Positions 58,822 to 64,000 of a stretch of DNA of 64,000 nt are shown in pieces. The translations under genes and the position numbers were made by a program. How positions within the stretch are numbered: the stretch's first letter is position 1; each line of letters starts with the position of its first letter. The DNA comes from an uncultured delta proteobacterium (GTDB taxonomy: Bacteria; Myxococcota_A; Polyangia; Polyangiales; JAFGIB01): assembly GCA_963778655.1 (NCBI GenBank), contig CAVZVA010000012.1:32001-96000 (forward strand), given 5' to 3'. The notes beneath the pieces are model-generated. The model worked only from the letters and a program-made list of their open reading frames with translations, searched no databases and had not been told where the DNA came from.

Positions 58822-60006
58822 ATGCGAGGCGATGCCATGGTGTATTCAGTGGAGCGAGCGGTTCGGATTGCGTTGGCGGTGCCTTTGGTGTGGCTCGGCG
58901 CGTGTGGGTCAGGGTCCAACAACGGATCGCCCATGCCGGGAACGGGCGGCAGCACCGGGTTCTCGCCCATCAATGGAACGGGCGGTGCGCCGGGAACGGG
59001 CGGCGCCGCACCGGGCTCGTTCGGCATGACGGGCACGGGCGGAGTGACCGGCGCGACCGGCATGATGGGCGGTCGCCCCAGCATGACCGGTGTCGCCGGC
59101 ATGAGCGGCGCGGCCGCCATGGGCGGGGCGGCCGGCATGGGCGCGGCCGCTAGCGACGCCATGATGGGCAGCGCGGGCACTGACACCATGATGGGCAGCG
59201 CCGGCATGGGCGGCACCGCCGGCATGGGTGCAACCGGCACCGGAACTTGCTGCGCGAGCGGCGATTGTCTGTGCCACGGCCCCGATCCCACCGCGCTGAC
59301 GTCCGCGGCCGGGCCATTCAAGACCGACAGCTACACCATCTCGACTGGCACCGTGTATTACCCGACCGACGCGGACCCTCCCTTGGCCGCGATCGCGATC
59401 ATTCCGGGCTTCCTGAACACGGGGCCGGAAATGGCGCCCTGGGGGCCGTTTTACGCGTCCTGGGGCATCGTGCTGGCGGACACCAACAGCGGTGCCGCGG
59501 ATACGCCGGACATCCGCGCCGGTGAGCTGTTGGCGGCGGTCGACGAGCTCAAGTCGGAGAACACCAAGAGCGGCAGCCCGTTGTTCGGCAAGCTGAGCGG
59601 CCGCTACGGGACCTCGGGCTATTCGATGGGTGGCGGCGGCACCACGATCGCCGCGACCATGGACTCGACGCTCAAGACCTCCGTGGGTCTGGCCCCCTGG
59701 GGAGGGGTCGGCATGGGTGTCAACGTGCCCACGCTCTTGTTCTGCGGCGATGCGGATACGGTTGCACCGTGCAACATGGCCATGGACGACTACACCGGCA
59801 TGACCGGCACCACGCCCAAGATGCTGGTGGTCGCCCCCGGAGCAACCCACTTCAATTGGTTCGACCCCGCGGACGCGGGCGGCGGCATGTCGGGCAAGTA
59901 TGCGCTGGCCTTCGAGAAGCTGTTCCTGGAAGGGGACGAGCGCTGGAAGCCGCTCCTGCTGACCATGCCGACAGGCGGCGGCTCGCAGACCACAAACATC
60001 AATTAG
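58822..60006 (+). CDS. Second lipoprotein cutinase/PETase-like alpha/beta-hydrolase
   Basis: LGAC lipobox, IPGF...WGPFYASWG, GYSMGGGG, APW, DADTVAP, GATHF. Confidence 0.85.
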   Translation: MRGDAMVYSVERAVRIALAVPLVWLGACGSGSNNGSPMPGTGGSTGFSPINGTGGAPGTGGAAPGSFGMTGTGGVTGATGMMGGRPSMTGVAGMSGAAAMGGAAGMGAAASDAMMGSAGTDTMMGSAGMGGTAGMGATGTGTCCASGDCLCHGPDPTALTSAAGPFKTDSYTISTGTVYYPTDADPPLAAIAIIPGFLNTGPEMAPWGPFYASWGIVLADTNSGAADTPDIRAGELLAAVDELKSENTKSGSPLFGKLSGRYGTSGYSMGGGGTTIAATMDSTLKTSVGLAPWGGVGMGVNVPTLLFCGDADTVAPCNMAMDDYTGMTGTTPKMLVVAPGATHFNWFDPADAGGGMSGKYALAFEKLFLEGDERWKPLLLTMPTGGGSQTTNIN

Positions 60007-60062
60007 ATTGGCTCCCGTCCAGAAGTGGCTCTTCGGAGGATTCAACGGGAAGAGGGGAAGGC

Positions 60063-60116
60063 TGCGCCCGCCAGGGCAGTGAAATCGTGCGCGCTTCAAT
60101 CTGATCGGTGCGCTAG
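60063..60116. repeat. Right-end remnant of the CTAGAGCACCGA miniature element
   Basis: TGCGCCCGCCAGGGCAGTGAAATCGTGCGCGCTTCAATCTGATCGGTGCGCTAG matches ~29841-29893. Confidence 0.75.
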
Positions 60117-60294
60117 GGTAGGGCCCGGGGTGGGCCGGCGGACGGCCGCACGGGGGGCGCAATCGCGGCGGAAAGTGAGCGCTGCGGCGCTTTTGCGCTC
60201 GCCGCGCATTGGCAGACCCGCGCGCCACAGGTAAGACGAGCTGAGCCCCACGCGGCCGAGGTGGTGGACCGCCGGGCGTCGAGGCGAGCGCGGC

Positions 60295-62043
60295 ATGTCG
60301 TCGAAGTCTTACAATCGGATCATTCGCGGCGGCACGCTGGTGGACGGGTCGGGCGCGCCGGCCCGGGAGGCCGATGTCGGTGTCAAGGAAGGGCGCATCG
60401 CGGCGATCGGCCGCATCCAGCAGTCCGCCGCGCTCGAGATCGATGCGCGCGGCTTGCTGGTCACCCCCGGGTTCGTCGATATCCATACCCACTACGACGG
60501 GCAAGCGACCTGGGACCAACGCATGCAGCCGTCCTCCTGGCACGGCGTCACCAGCGTGGTGATGGGCAACTGCGGGGTCGGCTTCGCGCCCTGCCGGCAG
60601 AGTGACCACGAGCGCCTGATCCGACTGATGGAAGGAGTGGAGGACATCCCCTTCCCGGTGCTCTCGCAGGGCCTTTCGTGGAGCTGGGAGAGCTTCGGCG
60701 ACTACCTGAGCACGCTCGAGCGGCGCTGCTTCGACGTGGACATCGGCACGCAATTGCCGCATGCCGCGCTGCGCGTATTCGTGATGGGCGAGCGTGGGGC
60801 CGCGCGCGAGCCGGCCACGACCGACGACATCGCGCAAATGGCGGAGCTCGCCCACGACGCCGCGCGCGCGGGCGCGCTCGGATTTTCGACCTCGCGCACG
60901 CTGAACCACCGCACCAGCGACGGCCAGCCCACGCCCACGCTCACCGCCAGCGAGGACGAGCTCACGGGCATCGCGTGCGGGCTGGCGCGCGCGGGTTGCG
61001 GCGTGCTGCAGGTGGTATCGGACTTCGCCGATGCGGACGCGGAGCTCGCGATGCTGCGCAGGATCGTCGAGCGCTCGGGTCGGCCGCTGTCGTTTTCTCT
61101 GGTGCAGGCCCCGGGCCGGCCGGCCCAGTGGCAGCACATGCTCGACCTGCTGGTCGAGGCGAACGCCGCCGAGCTGCCGATCACGGCGCAGGTGTGCGGG
61201 CGTCCGGTCGGGATCCTGTTCGGGCTGGAGCTGACGCTCAACCCCTTCAGCCATCACCCGAGCTACCGCGAGATCGCGCGGCTGCCGCTGGCCGAGCGCG
61301 TGCGGCGGTTGCGCGACCCGGCGTTTCGCGCGCATCTGCTCGGCGAGAGCAGCGCCGCGCAGCGCGGCTTTGCCGCGAGCCAGCCGCGCAACTGGTCGAT
61401 GCTCTACCTGCTCGGGAACCCGCCCGACTACGAGCAGGGGCCGCAGCGGACCGTGGCGGCGCTCGCGGTCGCGCAAGGGGTCGCACCCGAGGCGCTGGCG
61501 CTCGATCACATGCTGTCGAACGACGGGCGCGGCATGCTGTACCTGCCGTTTCTCAACTACGTCGACGGCAACCTCGAGCCCAGCTATCACATGCTGCGCC
61601 ATCCTCACACGCTGCCCGGGCTCTCCGACGGCGGCGCTCACGTCGGGATGATCTGCGACGGCAGCTTTCCCACCAGCAACATCACGCACTGGACGCGCGA
61701 GCGCACGCGCGGGGCCAAGCTCCCTCTGGAGCAGATGGTGAAACGGCAGAGCTGGGACACAGCCCGCGCGCTGCGGCTGTACGACCGCGGGCTGCTCGCG
61801 CCCGGCTACCGCGCGGACCTCAACGTGATCGACTACGACAAGCTCGCGCTGCTGCCGCCGGAGGTGGCCTATGACCTGCCCGCGGGCGGACGCCGCCTGC
61901 TGCAGCGCGCGCGCGGCTACGTCGCAACCATGGTCGCGGGTGAGGTCACCTATCGAGACGGCGAGGCGACCGGGACGCTGCCCGGGCGGCTGATCCGCGG
62001 CTCGCAAGCAGCGCCAAGCCCAGCCGAGGGGAGAGCACCATGA
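60295..62043 (+). CDS. N-acyl-D-amino-acid deacylase family amidohydrolase
   Basis: [54 protein letters not shown]. Confidence 0.93.
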   Translation: MSSKSYNRIIRGGTLVDGSGAPAREADVGVKEGRIAAIGRIQQSAALEIDARGLLVTPGFVDIHTHYDGQATWDQRMQPSSWHGVTSVVMGNCGVGFAPCRQSDHERLIRLMEGVEDIPFPVLSQGLSWSWESFGDYLSTLERRCFDVDIGTQLPHAALRVFVMGERGAAREPATTDDIAQMAELAHDAARAGALGFSTSRTLNHRTSDGQPTPTLTASEDELTGIACGLARAGCGVLQVVSDFADADAELAMLRRIVERSGRPLSFSLVQAPGRPAQWQHMLDLLVEANAAELPITAQVCGRPVGILFGLELTLNPFSHHPSYREIARLPLAERVRRLRDPAFRAHLLGESSAAQRGFAASQPRNWSMLYLLGNPPDYEQGPQRTVAALAVAQGVAPEALALDHMLSNDGRGMLYLPFLNYVDGNLEPSYHMLRHPHTLPGLSDGGAHVGMICDGSFPTSNITHWTRERTRGAKLPLEQMVKRQSWDTARALRLYDRGLLAPGYRADLNVIDYDKLALLPPEVAYDLPAGGRRLLQRARGYVATMVAGEVTYRDGEATGTLPGRLIRGSQAAPSPAEGRAP

Positions 62044-63068
62044 CGGCAGCCATCCTGGAGCCTGCGTGCGAGTGGACGCGCGACGACGTCGCGGATCCCG
62101 AGCAGTGGACCGAGCGCCTGAGCGACGCCGAGATCGCCGAAATCGCCGCGGCGATCGCGTTTGCGCGCGCGCGTTCGAGCGATTTCCTGGAGATCGGCAA
62201 GGACCAGTTTCCGCTGCCGACGCTGGGGCCGCGCTTGCACCGGATCGAGAACGAGCTGATCAACGGTCGCGGTTTCGTCCTGATCCGCGGGCTGCCGCGC
62301 GAGCGCTACAGCAACGACGAGATGTGTCTGGCCTACTGGGGCATAGGCGCGCACCTGGGCAAGCCTTGGCCGCAGAACCACCATGGCCACGTGCTCGGCG
62401 ACGTCACCGACCAGGGCAAGGCCGTGACCGATCCGAGCGCGCGCGGCAATGAGCTCGGCCAGATCGGGCTCGAGTACCACTGCGACGGTTCTGACCTGGT
62501 GGGCCTGCTGTGTCTGCAGAGCGCAGCCGAAGGCGGGCTTTCGGCCGTGGCGAGCTCCGTCTCGCTGCACAACGAGCTCGTGCGCAGCAATCCCGAGGCC
62601 GCCGCGGAGCTGTATCAGCCGCAGCCGTACGACTACCGCGGCGAGCAAGCGCCCGGCAAGCGCGCGTGGTACACGGCGCCCGTGTTCACCAAGTGGGGCG
62701 AGCGCTTGTTCGTGCGCTTGATCGGTGCGTACATCATGGCGTCGCAGCGTCACCCCGACGCGCCACGCCTGACTCCGGCCGCGAAGAAGGCGCTAGCTTG
62801 GATGCGCGAGCAGGCCGATAGCGGCCGCTACAGCGTGGTGATGGACTTTCGCCCGGGCGACATGCAGTTCATCAACAACTATCACGTCCTCCACGGCCGC
62901 ACTCCGTACAGCGACGACCCTGCCAGCGGCCGCGTGCGGCACCTGAAACGGCTGTGGCTGGAAACCGAGGTGCTGCGCGACCGCCCTCCGCAGTTCGCGA
63001 ACCACGGCCGCTCGCACTGGGCCAGGCAGCGCGTGATCAGCCGGCTCGACGCCGGAGGTCGAAGCTGA
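62040..63068 (+). CDS. TauD/TfdA family Fe(II)/2-oxoglutarate dioxygenase
   Basis: HxD (YHCD), PGDMQFINN..VLHGR, RHLKRLWL; ATGA-coupled to the amidohydrolase. Confidence 0.92.
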   Translation: MTAAILEPACEWTRDDVADPEQWTERLSDAEIAEIAAAIAFARARSSDFLEIGKDQFPLPTLGPRLHRIENELINGRGFVLIRGLPRERYSNDEMCLAYWGIGAHLGKPWPQNHHGHVLGDVTDQGKAVTDPSARGNELGQIGLEYHCDGSDLVGLLCLQSAAEGGLSAVASSVSLHNELVRSNPEAAAELYQPQPYDYRGEQAPGKRAWYTAPVFTKWGERLFVRLIGAYIMASQRHPDAPRLTPAAKKALAWMREQADSGRYSVVMDFRPGDMQFINNYHVLHGRTPYSDDPASGRVRHLKRLWLETEVLRDRPPQFANHGRSHWARQRVISRLDAGGRS

Positions 63069-63094
63069 TCGGAGCTAACCTAGCCTAGCCTAAC

Positions 63095-64000
63095 CTAACG
63101 CAACCTCAGCACCTCGACCAGGGAGCGCCTGCGCTGCCACGACAGCACGCTTTCTTCGAACCGCGCCTGCCAGCTGGAGGGGCGCAGGCTCTTGCGGAAC
63201 AGTCGCGGGTCGAAGCGGTCGCGGTCCAGCTGTGGTGGACCGCTGCCGTCGAAATACGACCAGTCCATGATCAACCAAGCGTCGTGCACGGCGGCCAGAT
63301 CGCGACCCTCGAGCAGCTCCAGCTGATGTGGCTTGGGCGGCTCAAAACGCAGCAGAGCGTGACCGCGCATGCGCCACACCTCGTCGACGACGTAGATCGT
63401 GTCCGGTCCGCCGGCTCGCTTGATGCGCTCGAAGGTGGCCTTGACGCCCGGCACCGGGCTTCCCCAGAAGCGCGTATTGGCTTCCAGGATAGCCGCGCTG
63501 CAGCAGACGTACAGCACTGCGGCGGCGGCCAGGGCTTGGCGCAGCCGCGGCAGCCGCCATGCCGCAGGCAGCAGGGCGGCAGCGACGACGCCGACGAGCA
63601 CCGAGCTAGGAACGGTGAGAATGGTGAGAAAGCGCTCGTACTTCCAGATCGGTTGATAGGAGGTCAGGCTCGTGGAGCCAAACTCGAAGAATGCGTACAA
63701 GGCGGCGAACGCCGCCAGCGGCAGTCGTGCGGCCGGGAGCCTGCGCCAGCGGACCGCCGCAAAGCACGCGGCAGGCCAGACCAGGTAGTAGTGCAGTCCC
63801 AGATAGGTGTTGACGGCGTAGCGGGCGCAGTCCTTGAATGCCCAGGTCCGCGACGCTAGATGGGGCAGCTCGGCCAGCAGGCGGACGATCGGGAGCATGG
63901 TGAACAGGTGCTGGAACGCCTTGCCCGTACCGGTCCACTTGGTGCCTGTTCCGTCGTAGATGAGCTGTCGAAGCTGAATCCCGTAGTCCCCGCTGGCGAG
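63095..64000 (-). CDS. Membrane protein, possibly GT-C glycosyltransferase-like (partial, runs off the window)
   Basis: Several transmembrane segments with a K..RF loop motif; the frame is open to the window end. Confidence 0.5.
   Translation of the reverse strand, partial: LASGDYGIQLRQLIYDGTGTKWTGTGKAFQHLFTMLPIVRLLAELPHLASRTWAFKDCARYAVNTYLGLHYYLVWPAACFAAVRWRRLPAARLPLAAFAALYAFFEFGSTSLTSYQPIWKYERFLTILTVPSSVLVGVVAAALLPAAWRLPRLRQALAAAAVLYVCCSAAILEANTRFWGSPVPGVKATFERIKRAGGPDTIYVVDEVWRMRGHALLRFEPPKPHQLELLEGRDLAAVHDAWLIMDWSYFDGSGPPQLDRDRFDPRLFRKSLRPSSWQARFEESVLSWQRRRSLVEVLRLR

Noticed and set aside
58909..62007. 1032-aa minus-strand ORF (similar cases at 30585-32762, 54061-56049 and 49259-51091)
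   Set aside because: Shadow frames of well-supported genes on the opposite strand.
1..64000. tRNA or rRNA genes
   Set aside because: No recognisable cloverleaf or rRNA sequence seen by eye.

Overview
GC-rich window whose gene content (Gly-rich-linker lipoprotein hydrolases, AraC regulators, Ser/Thr kinase-AAA protein, sigma54-type promoters) suggests a myxobacterium, probably Polyangiales-like (inference). It has three parts. (1) About 1-21.4 kb is a mosaic organised by one HUH/Y1 (IS200-like, RAYT-type) transposase element. There are two intact 308-aa copies (3371-4297, 7462-8388) and about 15 shorter pieces. Nearly all begin at the same ~22-bp end motif (GAGACCCTGTCCCAGGTTGACG or GGGTACCTGCCCCAGGTTGATG), point the same way and stop at variable points. 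They alternate with single cargo genes (lipoproteins, two nucleotidyltransferase pairs, peptidase E, GNAT, FAD monooxygenase, thioesterase) and broken gene fragments (istA, hsdR, WD40, VOC, a lanA leader). This polar, fixed-end, cassette-like array is the best candidate for an undescribed system. (2) About 21.4-30.4 kb holds a minimal class II lanthipeptide locus (lanA + lanM, plus a second lanA remnant), small accessory genes and a CTAG-ended miniature inverted-repeat element. (3) About 30.4-64 kb is an island of secreted or lipoprotein polymer hydrolases (DUF5695-like, PL1, GH8, PHB-depolymerase-like, two PETase/cutinase-like enzymes, a PQQ propeller) with AraC regulators, a broken kinase, an amidohydrolase and a TauD-family gene. 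All assignments are from reading the sequence and recognising motifs; no searches were run. Assembly chimerism at repeats cannot be excluded.
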